Shown here one piece after another: positions 11,246 to 24,869 of a DNA stretch of 64,000 nucleotides (within the stretch, counting starts at the first letter, position 1; each line of letters begins with the position of its first letter). Below the pieces are notes generated by a model. It was given only the letters and a program-made list of their open reading frames with translations. It made no database searches and had not been told where the DNA came from. The position numbers were made by a program, and so were the translations under genes. Origin of the DNA: Callorhinchus milii (taxonomy: Eukaryota). The stretch is taken from contig NW_024704742.1 in the NCBI RefSeq assembly GCF_018977255.1, positions 31,064,001 to 31,128,000 of the forward strand, in the 5' to 3' direction.

Positions 11246-11395
11246 TGGGAATACAATCCAGCTTTTCTGTCTCCAGGCTCTAGCAAGAACTGTTGAATGG
11301 TTTTGTTGCACAAACTCTCGCACAGGCAGAGGTATTTGTCTTTGTCACTCAGGTTAATAGCAAACATAGTCACCGATCCGTTTCCATAGGCTTCG
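11246..11395 (-). CDS. HPSE: Heparanase coding exon 11
   Basis: EAYGNGSVTMFAINLSDKDKYLCLCESLCNKTIQQFLLEPGDRKAGLYS; phase 2/2; gtaagc donor. Confidence 0.93.
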
Positions 11396-11529
11396 CTGAA
11401 AACAAAATCAAGGTCATTGTTACATCATTGATCATTCACATAGTTTGTGCTACTATCCCTCCCAACATAACACATACATCCTCCTGTGCTCTTCTCATTC
11501 TAGCCTCCATAATGCTTGCTTTTGATGTA

Positions 11530-11937
11530 ATACCTTTACACATTGTCAAGACATCTCAAAGTGCTTAGCAGGACTTTTTTTCCAACTGCAAAGTTTAGGT
11601 GACTGTGTAAGAAAATGTGGCAGCCAATTTGCACACAGTAATGTCCCACGAACAACCATGAATTGAGAGACAAATCTTATTTGGGGGATTGTTAGCCATG
11701 ACACTGGGAGGAACCCCCTTTTCTTTTTAAGTGGATCATTAACATCCACTTGAACAGGCACAGACAGGAACTCAATTTAACCTCTTATCCGAAGGATAGC
11801 ACCTCCAACAATGTAGCTCTCCCCACAACACAGTACTGGAGTGCCAATCTGAACTGTGAGCTCAAAGTCCTGAGGTGAGACTTGAACCGACAACCTTCTG
11901 ACTCAGGCAAGAATGCTACCAACTGAGCCAGGTTAAC
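11530..11937 (-). mobile_element. SacSINE1/DeuSINE-like SINE
   Basis: Near full-length reverse copy with head ..tgctaccaactgagccagg. Confidence 0.8.
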
Positions 11938-13584
11938 AACCAAGACCATTGCTTACTCCTCGCTCCCTCCCTTACTCCAATGGTGGCTGCATTTTCACAT
12001 ATTAAGCTACTTCCCTCTGGAGCTTGTCCAAAAGCTTTCCACTGTGCACCTTCTCACCTTCTCCACCTACCTTCAAAACCCTTTTAAAAATATATTTTTT
12101 GACCATGCTTTTGGTCAACATCCTTAATTCTCACTTCCTCCTCCTTCTTGCTTAGTTCCCTTGCCCCCGCCCATTAAGCATTTCGAGATGTTCAATTTGT
12201 ATTAAAGCAATAAGTTGAAAGCAATTATATGAGTGAAAATATAAGAAAAAATATGAAAAGTCATGAAAGCAGTTATATAAGTGCACTTTAGTTGTTAATA
12301 CTATATTTTTAAATAGTTTGTAAAATCCACCTTTAGTGTTTTGATTGTGCTTTCCCCTTCCTCACTGACTCCACTCCTGCCCTCCCCACACACACACACA
12401 TGCAAACTTACACACTTGGAGTAGAGACTTTGCTGGTTATATACAGAGCCATCATGGGCTCAACAAGTATTAATCTCAGAGCTACATACTTTCTTTTAAG
12501 AGTTGTGTGCGCACTTTTTCTTGAAAAGTTGCTCGCCTTTCATCCGTTCTCAGATCCAGTAAATTGGGTCAGAGGCCAATGATACTCTCACTTTGAAAAA
12601 ATGATATTGAATGAGATTGTTCTGGCATCAGAATTACTGGGTTTGTTTCCACTTCAGGTCCAAGAACACTAATATTATCAATACTGTCTGCACATTTATC
12701 ACTCAAAAATAATTACAGCAGCTGCTGGATCAACATGAAATATGGTCTCTGGCACATCAGCAGTGTGCTCGAACACCAGAAATGACCTATCTTCACAAGT
12801 GGACCTGTCAGAGAATGAATCATTTGTCCAAGGTATGAGACAAGTATTGACTGCCTGACTGTAGGCTCACTTGACAACTTTTAAAGATCTGCCAGTTGTG
12901 CGTGAATTGGATAAATGAAGTCTCTCTCGCAAAATAATTAATCCCATTAACAGACCGGTTAATAGTTTTAGATTCCCATAACACTGGAGCTGTGCTGGAG
13001 ACCTAAAGGATATATTATCCACTTATTCAAAAATAGTCCAATGAACCTGGAAACACATTTCTGCCAAATTTTCTCCTTTCCTTGCCCTTGAAAGTGTCCG
13101 ATTTCTTCTTCCTAATCTACCATTCTAGTTATTCTCTGGTCCTTTTAACATATGGCACTTATTCACATGTGACCCATAGTGGTGAGCATTGGCAGACTAT
13201 TTGACCATGGGGTGGTATTACAGCCAAGCTTGACGTTCTCCTAACTAATGTTTGCACATTTCAGCAAGAACACATATTGTGGATATATTGTGAAACTTCG
13301 ATTGTGATGAGGAACAAGAATCCTGTCTGATATTCTGCTTCCAAACCCAGTGTCAATGAAGCCAATTGTAGCACCCAAACCACGTCTAGCCAGGTTAAGA
13401 TCAACTGACTTAGCACAGACCAAACTTTGAGCCTTTGATTTTCTGGCCTGATACTGTGGGTAAAGTGACTGCCTTTACTCACCAGGTGTCTCCAAACCTG
13501 GAAACATAAATTCATCTAGAAATGTACCCATGACAAAAACAAATGCAATGTACCTCATTATGCCTAATCTTGTGGAAAGCATTT

Positions 13585-13885
13585 AACAATAATTCTTGTA
13601 TTTAATATAGCGCCTTATCACATTATCAACATGCCTCAAAGCTCTTCACAGGATTTTATGCAAAGTGAAGTTACTATGCATTTTGTATGGGAATGCGGTA
13701 GCCAATTTGCACACAGAAATGTCCCACAAAGAGCCATTAAGTGAACTTTAGCTGGGAGATATTGGCCAGGACACCGGGAGTAACTTCCTTTTCTTTTCAA
13801 ATAGGCTCATGGGACCTTTAACATCCACCTGAACAAGCAGACAGGACCTCAGTTTTTATACGTCTCATCCAAAGGATGGCTCTCC
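13585..13885 (-). mobile_element. SacSINE1/DeuSINE-like SINE, 5' truncated
   Basis: Tail and body match the family. Confidence 0.75.
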
Positions 13886-13904
13886 TTTTGGGATTGCACT
13901 TTAC

Positions 13905-14032
13905 CTGTTTTTTTTGGTGCAATGCATATAGACGCGCAGCTTTCCATCGTCTGCTTCATCGCTTTGCACAATATTTACATCCAGCACCTCGGTGCCCACA
14001 ATCTTCTTGTATATGAGAGAAAGCCAATAATC
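13905..14032 (-). CDS. HPSE: Heparanase coding exon 10
   Basis: DYWLSLIYKKIVGTEVLDVNIVQSDEADDGKLRVYMHCTKKN. Confidence 0.95.
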
Positions 14033-14130
14033 CTGCATATAAACAGAAATCAAGATTAAATAAAACACAAAGGTATTCAAACTATGAATTACAACCTTTC
14101 ACTCCATCAACTGCAGGAAATGATACGTAC

Positions 14131-14245
14131 TGGCAATGGATTGAGATGTTTATCCAACAACTGGTAATATCCTGCACCAAACAGAGCCTGTCTGACAACA
14201 ACATCGATGCCCAGTTTAGCCGACAGTCCAAGTTTGTCCAGCCAC
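14131..14245 (-). CDS. HPSE: Heparanase coding exon 9
   Basis: [38 protein letters not shown]; 115 nt. Confidence 0.96.
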
Positions 14246-14639
14246 CTGCAAGTGAATGAACAATAAAAGATGACTTGCACTAATCTGGCATCGAGTACAC
14301 ATGCTCATAATAAGAGAAAAGATAATTAAATATTCTGATTTGAGTTTATTATAATTGTTCCCAAAATATTCTGCTTGTTTTTCTTATCTTTTCAAGTGCT
14401 CTGAGACGCTACCCTGCGTGGTGGGCGCTATATAAGTGCAAGTTGTTGCTATTGTTATCTCATGTGCAGATATACACACAACACAGGATCACAAGGTAGG
14501 TTCAGATGAAGAAGGAACAGCCCCTTTGATCTCATACTTCCAGAAAACCCGCCTTCCTTCTATCTCAGCATCTAACCGTGCCTTAACTGGGAGCCAGGGG
14601 CTGCTATAGTTATAGGCAAACTGGCCTTTCTCATCCCTT

Positions 14640-14950
14640 TAGAACTCCCACTCTACCATCTCATCAATTCAGCCTTCAAGTATTTTTTTAAATGAATCCA
14701 GTGTCCTTACCTCTATCACCCTTCCTGGCAACCTGTTCCAGTCATTAATTACCCTCTGAGCAGAAAAAAACTTCCTGTTGTCTGTCCTAAAATTGCCCTT
14801 TACAATTCTAAGCTATGTCCTCGTGTTCTACTATCGAGATGCATCCTAGAGTAACAATCTGGGTTTACATTTTCAATTCTATTTAAAATGTTATACACCT
14901 CTATGAAATCCCTTCTGAGTCATCTTCTCTCAAGAATGAAGAGGCCCCAC
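14640..14950 (-). mobile_element. CR1 LINE 3' fragment
   Basis: cctctatcacccttcctggcaacctgttccag..ttatacacctctatgaaatccc is typical of a CR1 ORF2 end read in reverse. Confidence 0.65.
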
Positions 14951-15056
14951 CTAGCTTGTCTCATGCCATGAGGACACCTCAAAGAGCTTCAAAGGATTTA
15001 CTGTCAAATGCAGTGACTGTGTTTTGTTGACAAATGTATATACACCAGCTACTCAC

Positions 15057-15163
15057 ATAAAGCCTGCTACATATTTGTTAGAGAGATCAGGAGCTCCACC
15101 TCCAAAAGCTGAGCTGGTCTCTCCTAACCACACTTTCTTACCAGCAACGGTTTTAGCCACAAC
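15057..15163 (-). CDS. HPSE: Heparanase coding exon 8 (catalytic nucleophile Glu)
   Basis: [35 protein letters not shown]; 107 nt. Confidence 0.97.
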
Positions 15164-15397
15164 CTACAGAAAGAGAAAGAAAAACAATTCATGTACAACC
15201 AAACTCAGACTTTAATAACTGAACCAGAGAGAAAAAAATCTGCACAGATCTGAGGTGGCTTATAACTTACCTCAAAGAACAAAAACTAGACCTTACACAA
15301 TGCTTCTATATGTAATAAATGCTGTTTGATCTAAGATAATTTCTTGCCTTAGGAAGAAAGGAAATAGAAAGAAAAGGAGTAGTCTCTTCGTGAGAGG

Positions 15398-15815
15398 GGC
15401 CAGTTGGGCTAACAGGGCAAAACTCATCTCTGAGTCAGAAGATTGTGGGTTCACACCACTCAATAGGGCTTTGAACTCACAGCCTAGGCTGACACTCCAC
15501 TGCTGGGGCAGGGATGCATTATTGGACATGTGACCTTTCAAGATGAGGAATCAAACTAACTAAATTCCTGTCTGCATGTTTAGGTGGACGGTAAAGATCC
15601 CGTTGCACGATTCGTAAAAAAGAATGGGGTTTCCCCCAGTGTCCTTGCCAACAATCCCCCGGATAAAACTGGTCAATCGTTGCATGGCTGTTTATGGGAC
15701 AATGCTGTGTGCAAAGTTGGTTGCTTGGTTTGGCTACAAAATATACAGTAAATCCTGTGAAGACATTCTCCCAACATGAAAGGAGCTATCTATATCAAAT
15801 GCAAGGATTATTAAT
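15398..15815 (+). mobile_element. SacSINE1/DeuSINE-like SINE
   Basis: ctctgagtcagaagattgtgggttc head; aggtggacg..aaagatccc body; atcaaatgcaaggatt tail. Confidence 0.8.
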
Positions 15816-15924
15816 ATTTTTATCAGTAACTTTTTCCTTCAGTGATTGATAGTGAGTCAAAGCAAGCCCGTGGCAGTGTCTGGTGAAGCTCATTTTATAT
15901 GTAAAGTCACAAAGCAGTACTTAC

Positions 15925-16018
15925 CTGAAAAACTTCTTTTACTTTAGGTCTAAGGCTGTCCAATATTGCTGGGCTCAGAAAATCTTTTAATGATGTATTT
16001 CTTCCATTCACATAATAA
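15925..16018 (-). CDS. HPSE: Heparanase coding exon 7
   Basis: YYVNGRNTSLKDFLSPAILDSLRPKVKEVFQ; 94 nt. Confidence 0.96.
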
Positions 16019-16140
16019 CTGGGGAAGAACAAAAATGTAGTCGCTTACCAATGTCATAATGAGCATCCATTTAATTTGCCACAGTCGGTCTCTCATGTGG
16101 CATCACCAACAACAATAAATAGAGAAAAATGCCTACTTAC

Positions 16141-16188
16141 TGGTGCCAGGTAATGGCATTAAGCACGTTCCCTCCAGTTTCAAGAAAT
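16141..16188 (-). CDS. HPSE: Heparanase coding exon 6
   Basis: FLETGGNVLNAITWHH; 48 nt; gtaagt donor. Confidence 0.95.
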
Positions 16189-16833
16189 CTACGCATGAAC
16201 CAAATAACACCATTAGATATCATTACTGGATATACTGAATATAACATTTGGAAGGAAATCAAAAGTAGAGATCTAATCAGGCCATCGCCTGGACTTTGTG
16301 GATTGCAGAAATGGAAGAATGGAGAATTAGCAGCTCGATGCCATTACAGAACAAACAACTTACAGTGTCAAGAGGGAAATGTAAATTACAAAAAAAATCC
16401 TAGTCAAAGAGGAACTAAGCTATAAACCCAGCTTAGTCATTTCACAAAGTCAAAGTAAACAGAATCATATTATAAAGAGAATCCACATGAGCTGGAGGTG
16501 ATTGGTGGAGGTGTGGGGAGGAGGCTATAATAGCTCAACAAGCACTAGTTTATCAATTAGTCATTGAATCTTTAATTCAGCCGCTCCCTTTCTAATTCCA
16601 TGGCCTGTTCAAAAAGGGAAAACTGCAGTAACAAGCCTTCAGCTTAAACTGTCATTCACCTCACGCCTGTTTTGTGAGACCTTGCTGGCACAAACAGTCA
16701 CTGCATTTGCCCTCAAAAAACAGTCACTACGTTTTACAGTAATTACTTGCAAAGTGTTTTGAGAAATTCGGAAGTGGTAAGTTGCTATAAATATGCAAGT
16801 TGTTTTTCTTTTAAAAGTTTGGATGCTACCAAC

Positions 16834-17008
16834 CCCTTCAGCAGGTTAACAATCTTGTTTCTCCGAGGTTGCCCAATATCTGGGCCATAAATGCCTGTGT
16901 TGCTGAAGGCACTGTAGGTCTTCAGCAGCTTGTATAAGTGCTGAAAGTCCTTTCCAAGCTGAGAGCCTTGAATTTTAATGTGAGCCTTCTTTCTGAAACT
17001 GTTGGGTT
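16834..17008 (-). CDS. HPSE: Heparanase coding exon 5 (acid/base Glu codon split across the intron)
   Basis: [58 protein letters not shown]. Confidence 0.96.
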
Positions 17009-17394
17009 CTGAAAGCACAGAACAAAAATAGATACACCACAGTCCAGACTTGTTTGCCAAAAGCCCTTATTAGGAGACTCAAAGCCATCACTATTCTTAA
17101 GCAACATGTAATTGTCGACAACCCATAAAGTTGTGAATGCCTTATTGAATTGTACTGTTTAAAGCTTACTTCAAAGATTAAACACACCATTGCAAAATGT
17201 TATTTACAACAAATATTGATAGCAATAGCACTGCCAAATGAAATGCAGGTTTCCATGCCTACAGTGGGGATGAGGAGTTACTCTAATACAAACAGCAGGA
17301 TTGGATGCCTACAATCTACTGCTTAAATAAGTGAAAGGTTGACTTGAATAGTTTGATAGAAGTACAGGGTTCATATTGTACTTTTACTAAAAAC

Positions 17395-18165
17395 AATACA
17401 ACACATTGCATTTATATAGCACTTTCATGTCCGGAGGAAGTCCCAAAGTGCTGGACAGTTGAGGGTTTGCATACAAGCTGAGAGTTGGATTCGGGAGGGG
17501 TGGGGGCCAAGAGCAGTGGGTGGGTAGGGGGAAAGACGACCGAAGGCGTGATCAAAGAGAAAAGTCTTGCGATGGACTTTGTAGGAGATGAGGGAAAGGG
17601 CAAAGTGAAGGAACTCCAAAATGGAGTTCTAGAGAGTGTGACATAAAGTCTGAAGGCCCAACAACAACAATAATCACGTCAGAAGGTCATCTCAAGGCGC
17701 TGGACAGTCAAGGATTTGCACCTGAGCTGGGGTTTGGGATGTGGAGGGCAGGGAGAGTGGGAGTAGGAGGTTGACCAAAGACATGATCGAAGAGGAAGGT
17801 CTTGAAGTGGGCACTGAAGGAGGCAAGGGAGGAGGCAAGGTTAAGAGACTGTGGGATGAAATTCCAAAAGGTGGGGACAGAAAGACTGAAGGCTCGATCG
17901 CCGATAGTGGGATGGGACGGGCGGGGGACGTGGAGCAGGCCAGAGTCTATCAAGCGGAGGGAGTAGGTAGGTCCCAGATGGAGAAGATGTCATTTGTGAC
18001 TTTTACCAGGGTAACTTGGTACTGTGGGCAGCCCGGAATCCAGATTGGAAGGGTTCATGCCAGAGAGTGCAGTTAAAGGAAAAAGTGAATCTGGGAAGCA
18101 ATGACTTGTTCCAATATTTTGTAGAGGACAGGAAAGTTGGAGTTGGGACAGTGGTTATGGTGTAA
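17395..18165 (-). mobile_element. Two L2 3' fragments plus an internal ORF2 piece
   Basis: KTFLFDHAF, GDRAFS and FQSGFRAAHST translations; (CAA)n tails. Confidence 0.8.
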
Positions 18166-18832
18166 GGATGAAAATAAAGAAAATACATTTGCTATAGACA
18201 TTTTTCCCCTCCCTGGTATGAAACACGCAAGTGGGAAAAAAGAATTAAGGGTATGGGGTACAGCTTTTATGGTGTTAAACCAGCACCAGCATAATGCTGC
18301 TGACAGTGATGTATGAGCTTCCCACACAATCATTTCCAACAGCGCCCTGGACCTAAACTGACCAGTTAGTGTCAAGCTGAATGATTGTGTAGTCTTACGC
18401 TGTGGGGCTGTATTAACTGGAGTAGCAGTGGCCAAATTGGCCCGTGGGCCAGAAATGGCCCGCAGGACCATCAAGAAGTGGCCCACCAAATATTCGCACT
18501 AATCTAGGTAAGTCCATGTTCAATCAATGGTGTGTTTCTAGTTTTTTCTAGATTGAATATTTCTTGATTTGCATCATATATGGCCACCACTGGACTGGAG
18601 ACTAGATGGTGACTGTTTATTTTAAGAATACTAACAGCTGCTCCAGATAGCAGCCCTTAGCCATCTGCCTGAGCTGAGTTCACCGCAGGATCCAGAGGTC
18701 AAAGGCAGTTTATTTTATTTATTGGAGCACTGAGTTCAGCAAAACATTGCAGTTTCCACAACATTGCAATAACACAGAGCATTGTAATAACCATGTATAT
18801 TCTCCGACTAAGAAAGCTTAAAAAACACCTAC

Positions 18833-19003
18833 CATTGCCAAGTTCCCAGGACACATTATATTGCTTTGACGCACAGTACTTCAAGAGCTCTTGAGCATTT
18901 GAACTATCCCAGGCATGTTTTTTCCGTAGTAAGGCATTGAGACCAAAGATTAAATGCAGACCAGAGCAGTTTGCAAAACTATGCAAGATGTCAATGGACC
19001 TTC
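18833..19003 (-). CDS. HPSE: Heparanase coding exon 4
   Basis: [56 protein letters not shown]. Confidence 0.97.
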
Positions 19004-20354
19004 CTGTTTAAAGAAAATATATTTATACACACAAGTGTCAATCAGAGGCCATGCAAGAAAAAGCGCACATTTATTCTTCACTTACACTGGGAAGCAGTTT
19101 ATGCAGTTAGTGAAATTGACTGGTCATCTGAACCAGCTGGTCTGAAAGTACAATGATTTCATTGTTCTGCACACCGGTTTCTGTGTTGAATTAACACAGC
19201 ATCATTCAATATTGTGCACATGAGAATTGGATTGCGGTAACTGCATTTGAATTATTAATTCATCCAAACTGTTCAGATAAGTGCTATCTCTCTGCGCATA
19301 AAATGTCCTGGTGATCATGGGGTAAACTTGGTGGCATTTCACATTCCTTTGTGTTAATTTACGCAAAGAACGCATTCTATAAACGATTCATTTCTGGCTG
19401 TATTTGTAAAGACCTCGGGGTCTAACCCCTTCGCTTCTGCAGGCACTGACACTTGGCGGAAGATGTTTCCAGGAATATTAGTCATGCTCAAGTGACCATT
19501 CTTTACATGCAAGCCTAGACAGTAAGGTTGTTCAGTCACAGAAGTATCATAGATAAGCCCCACTCTTCTCTCACACACTTTTCCAGTGGCAATTGGTGGG
19601 TGGAGAAGGGGTTCATTTAATGTCAATCAGAAACCAGACCCTTTTTCCCTCAATAACCAAGGGCAATGAGGATAAACCCATCCCTGCTGAGATCAGGTAA
19701 TTTAGCACACAGTGGGGATCAGACCTGAGGCTTTCTGGAACCAGCAGAGTTTAGTTTCACTCCAGATTGTGATTCTGATCGATTAAGCCATTGGGCGAGT
19801 TCTCAGTCACATTCTTGGTCAAATGTTCACTCAGCGGAGGCAGAGTCAATTTCTCTACAAGTCTAGTCCACATAGCCATTACTCTATATGTGTGTATGTG
19901 TTTGTATATATGTCTGTGTATGTATTGAGGGAAGAGGAAGAGAAGACATTTCTTCTAATCTTTCTAATCCTAAATCTTGCTTGAAGCTGGAGATTTCATT
20001 GCTGTGTGTCTAATACTCCGCTTTCAGTCCCTCGTGGCAAGGAAAAACATTTGAATGGTGCAATTTTAATTTTATAACTGCAAATTCTAGCTTCTAGGAT
20101 CATTGTGGCTGGTTGAAACTGTAATGTTGACCTTGTGATCTGTATTATGTGTGTTAAGCCATTTGAAGGTGGCAGTGACAAATACGCTTCCAGCTATCTG
20201 ACAATTTTTATTATAACAATAATAAACCTTACATTTTATATAGCTCTGTTCATGTCAGGAGGACATCTCAAAACGATTCACAGGATATTCTGTAACTGTA
20301 GTGACTGTATTTTGTGGGCGAACATATGAAGTGTTGACACAACAATCCAGTTAC

Positions 20355-20477
20355 CTGAAATGGTGATATTTTTAAAATCATTTTGGAATTGCTCTCTCAG
20401 AACGAAGGGTTCTTGTGAAGTCAAAACATATTTCAGATATTCTTCGTCTTCAAAAGAAATTGGTTTTGGGCAATTTC
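20355..20477 (-). CDS. HPSE: Heparanase coding exon 3 (linker region)
   Basis: NCPKPISFEDEEYLKYVLTSQEPFVLREQFQNDFKNITIS; phase 1/1. Confidence 0.92.
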
Positions 20478-22796
20478 CTGCCAGGAAACAAAAATAATAA
20501 TAATAATAATAACAACTGTTGCATTTTGATATAGAGCCTTATCCTGCCATTCAAACATCTCAAAGCGTTTCACAGGATATACGTAAAGTGTTATGACCCC
20601 ATTATCTGCAAATGGTCTCTAAAATCTAATTCACAGTAGTTAATACAATACAGGATTCTGTACAGATTTTAGATTGAAAGTAATTTTCACCTATAGGATA
20701 CTGCAGAAACTGGTTGTCACCAGGTTTTATAGGTGACAAGACTGACTGTAGCAATTTCAGCTCTTTATATCTATTGTAGTTTAAGCACTCTAAAGCGCTA
20801 CCTGCATGAAGAGTGCTATATAAATGCACGTTGTTCTTGTAGAGTTCACCTGTGGGGTTGCATAGTATTCTGCCTGAGGACGGAAAAATAAAACCCTAAA
20901 ACTGCTCTTCATCTTCAAACTGTTGTCTTAAAATTTAATATTGTGCAGGATTTTGGAAAATACTTATTTTTGGCACTAATTTGGAATCTCGTTTTCTGTG
21001 ACAGCTGTTCTTTTCAAAAAAAATTAAAACTGAATTTAAGGGTTTTTCAATATTCTGCAGAAACTTAAAGTTTAAGACAATGAATATTCTTAACAGGACA
21101 ATGAGGGATTTCATGCTTCAATTGTCAAGGTTAATGGTTTACACAGTTTTTGTAGCTAAGAAAACAGAGAAACCAATGATTGTTAAATTTTAATACAAAA
21201 TTTAAGACGAGGGAACAATCTCAGGTCATATCAATCTTCTAGATGAAATGTGATCCGAAGGTGGGCTAATGGGGGGAAGGGGAGGGGAATTATAAAAATA
21301 ATGCAGATACTTTTATAGCTATGGTTTTGTGCCTTAAAAATCCTACAGCTTACTTATATGCTCCATAAACCTTGTTCTACAATATATAATATGGTTTCTG
21401 GGAAGAAAAATAAAGTTCAGAAATGATCACCCAGAATGAAAGATGCTACTGAGATAACCCTGCTCCTAAGCATGACTAGCCCAGGAATTGATTAACGTTT
21501 CTGCTAAATTAAAGAACATAGGAGTGTTAAATAAAACTACACCTCCAATTTTAAAAGGATATCCTAAGTACGTACGTGTACTGTATTTAGAACAAAATAA
21601 TCAATAACTGCATTTTCTTTGAAGAAAGCTGGTAACTGATTTGAAATACAATTAGATAAAACACAGCAATGCAAATGTCTATGTTTTAATGGAATTTCTC
21701 CTTGCTTAATAGCTGCTTTGGGCATTGATCATCTAGATATGGAATTCCTGTAAAAAATGAAATTCTGTTACCATGGGGAACATGGCGGCAACTTCAGGAG
21801 AAGATAAAAGAAAATATATCCATGGCTTTTATCTAATGTCGAATTCAAACATGTCGAGCTCTGTTGGTATCAATACACTCAGCTTCATTTTAGTATTTTA
21901 TTTCCTCTTGGGCCATTCTGGTTGCCAGATTATGAAACCCACAACATTTATCCTCTTCACATTGCATTAGTGCCTCCAACACATTCCCACACTGGGAAGA
22001 CTGGAGCTGAAAAGGAGTATTGGTAAGTTTGCAATTATCATGTTATGTTATCAATGTTATCAATGATCATGTGCCACAAGTTTAAGTTCTTGGGCTTCTG
22101 GAAAGGCAAGTTCCAGCCTGTTTTTTTTTTAGGTTAAAAGGCAAACTTTCACTTGATGTCTCAACTCTGTCCTGGGTGATAAGGACGTTTCCAAGAAAAT
22201 GAGAGAGGGCACAATTCAAGTTGGTAGGAGATTAGGGCAGTTTACCAGGCAATCTGGAACCATGTCAACTTAAAATGATGCAAAAAGCCTCTACAAACGA
22301 TAACAATGGGTAACCGTGAATCAGAGGAGAAAGGAACATTCTCCCTACCACCCTCCCTCCCTCAAAGTGTATTTCACAAGTAGTTTGCAGGTCCTGTAGC
22401 AGCTAACAACCATATTGAAGGGAAAATAAATGGTAGGCAAGTTGATGTGGCGCATTTATTTTTCAAGAATAGTTATGAGTATTTATTTATTAGGCAATAT
22501 TGTCTTTAAAATCTTTGCCTCACTCAAATATTCCCAAATGCTAAAGAAAAAGGAGTTCCAGCATATGATTTCTCAGAAAGTAATAAGCTGAAAGGTCAGC
22601 CAGTCTGTGGAATATTGCAAGGAAAAGACACAATATTTTGAGTTTNAAAAAAACTTTCAGGTTACTGAATTAAAACACACAGATCCTTCATGTCTGCCTC
22701 GATTTTATTACATCAACCAAGGCATATTTTCCACTCTAAAGAAAATTGCACACTGTAAATTCAGACGAGACGTATTTTATTTGCATTTTGTTTTAC

Positions 22797-22939
22797 CTTG
22801 AGCATCTATTGATTCCCCGTCTTCACGTGGTGTAAGTGAACGGTTTGATGGTTCGAATAAAACAAAGTCAGCTCTGGTTCCACCAAACCTCACATAGCCA
22901 GGGGATAATCCTCTTGCTAATGTCATCAATTTCTGAGAT
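22797..22939 (-). CDS. HPSE: Heparanase coding exon 2
   Basis: [47 protein letters not shown]. Confidence 0.96.
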
Positions 22940-24869
22940 CTAGAGTTATAGAAAAGGTCTACATTGTAAAATAATACATTCATTGTATGTGTGTTTTACC
23001 TCAAACCATGTACAGTATAAGTTTTCCCTATGTGAATTGATCTCAAATTAATGATTCCATTGAAGTTGCCTTAATGTTAAAAAAAATTAAACTTTTGTGT
23101 GACGTTCCATTATCCACAGGGCATTTAAATCACAAACATAAAAGAACACAAAAATCCCTGGGAACTCTGCTTAAAATTCACTGCGTAGAAAATACACAGT
23201 GACTGCACTTTACAGTATATCATGTGAAGTACATTGCGATGCCCTCCTGATTTGAAAGGCGCTATACCAAATGTAAAGATTACTATTAATAATAAAATGA
23301 TATGATCAGCAAAGTATAAACTAGCCAAATGTAGAACAAAACATTATTACTTGTTGTTCAGCTTTAAAAAAAATCAGAAAATTATTGTTGTGGAATAGCA
23401 GAAGCACTGCATTTTGTATCTGTACCTTTTTGTTTTCAGCCAGGTGTCTGATACATGTGGAAACCCATCTCCCACCATCATGAAGAGTTGATGATGGGTG
23501 ATGGGGAAACCCATCATTATTAAGAGTTGCCAACCAAACTACTGGGAGTTCCACATTCAGTAAACTCCTGATAACTCGTCACTCCAAGGCAAAAGGGCTG
23601 TGACAAGTTATTCAGGGTGGGGAATTAGGCATATGTATAAAAACATAAGTAAATGCAGCCAGGATATTGACAGCATGATGACTTAAGTGGTAGTGACAAG
23701 ATAAGCTAGGGTTGAGTAATCAGGCGTTTACCGGATGTACAGATTCTGTTTGACTGATATGGAGTACGCGCTCTCTCCCCAGAGGGATGCAGCCTGCTTG
23801 CTTAATCCTGAGAGTTTAGGCACAGGCTGGTAAGAGCCACCAGCAAAGTATCCACAATATTGTGGAAGTTTGAAAGACAGAACTGTCTAGAGTATTGCCA
23901 TATATTAATCCAAAATGACTTCTGATATTGAGAAGGAACATGGAGACAGACATGATGCAAATCTTAACAAAGAACACTTAAAACACATTGTCATCTCTCC
24001 TCTATGGAGAGAGGAATAGAGAAGAGCAAATAGGCTAATTACTGTAAATTCATAGATATCGTACATCATGGTTCAAGTAAGTCCTGTGGTTCATATAAGT
24101 GACAAAAAAACATAGTGCAAACACAAGCACTAACTTTTTAATATCGTGAATTAGTGACCAAAGATGACGTATACTTGAATCATCAAGATTGAACTACAGT
24201 CAATGTCTTTCAGACTGGCCCAACCTTTTGGCTGCTGAGAGCCAGATACCCTATTTGAGAAATGTCCTCAGGGTGTATAAGCAATATTTTTGTATTTCCC
24301 TTCCAGAAACATAACATTAACAGGTGATGGAGAGAGCAAGTGGGCCAGGTGAAATGGAGGGATGGCGGCTGGATGAAATTGGTCCATGGGAATTTTACTC
24401 TTTGAATGAGCGCATTTTGAGATTATGGTGAGATTAACGTTACAACACATTAAGCGTTCTGGGACACTTCCCTGCGTGACAGATACTACGTAAATGCAAG
24501 TTGTTGTTGTTTTGTTGTTATAGTGCTCAGGGGAGGTCGCACATGCAATGGCATCACAATACTGACACATGGCACAGGCTAGAGGTGCTGGAAGGAACAG
24601 ACTCAGTCACAAGGTTTGGTGATAATGTCAGGTTATAACACATTGCAACATTGCTCAGACACATTCCATATAAATGTGAGAGGCTGGTCACATCTGATGT
24701 TTACTTAATGAGTAAAACCTCCCAAGCTTTCTGTTAATACGAAGAGGACAAACAAGAAAAAGGAAAGGCAGATTTTTCTTGTCTGGATGAGCTTCAGTGG
24801 ATTTAGTAGATACACCCTGGCTGTGAAATGTGAATCTAAGAATAATATTTGTCTGCTTTAAACACTGAA

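Noticed and set aside
22646..22646. Single N base
   Set aside because: Assembly ambiguity in an intron with no biological meaning
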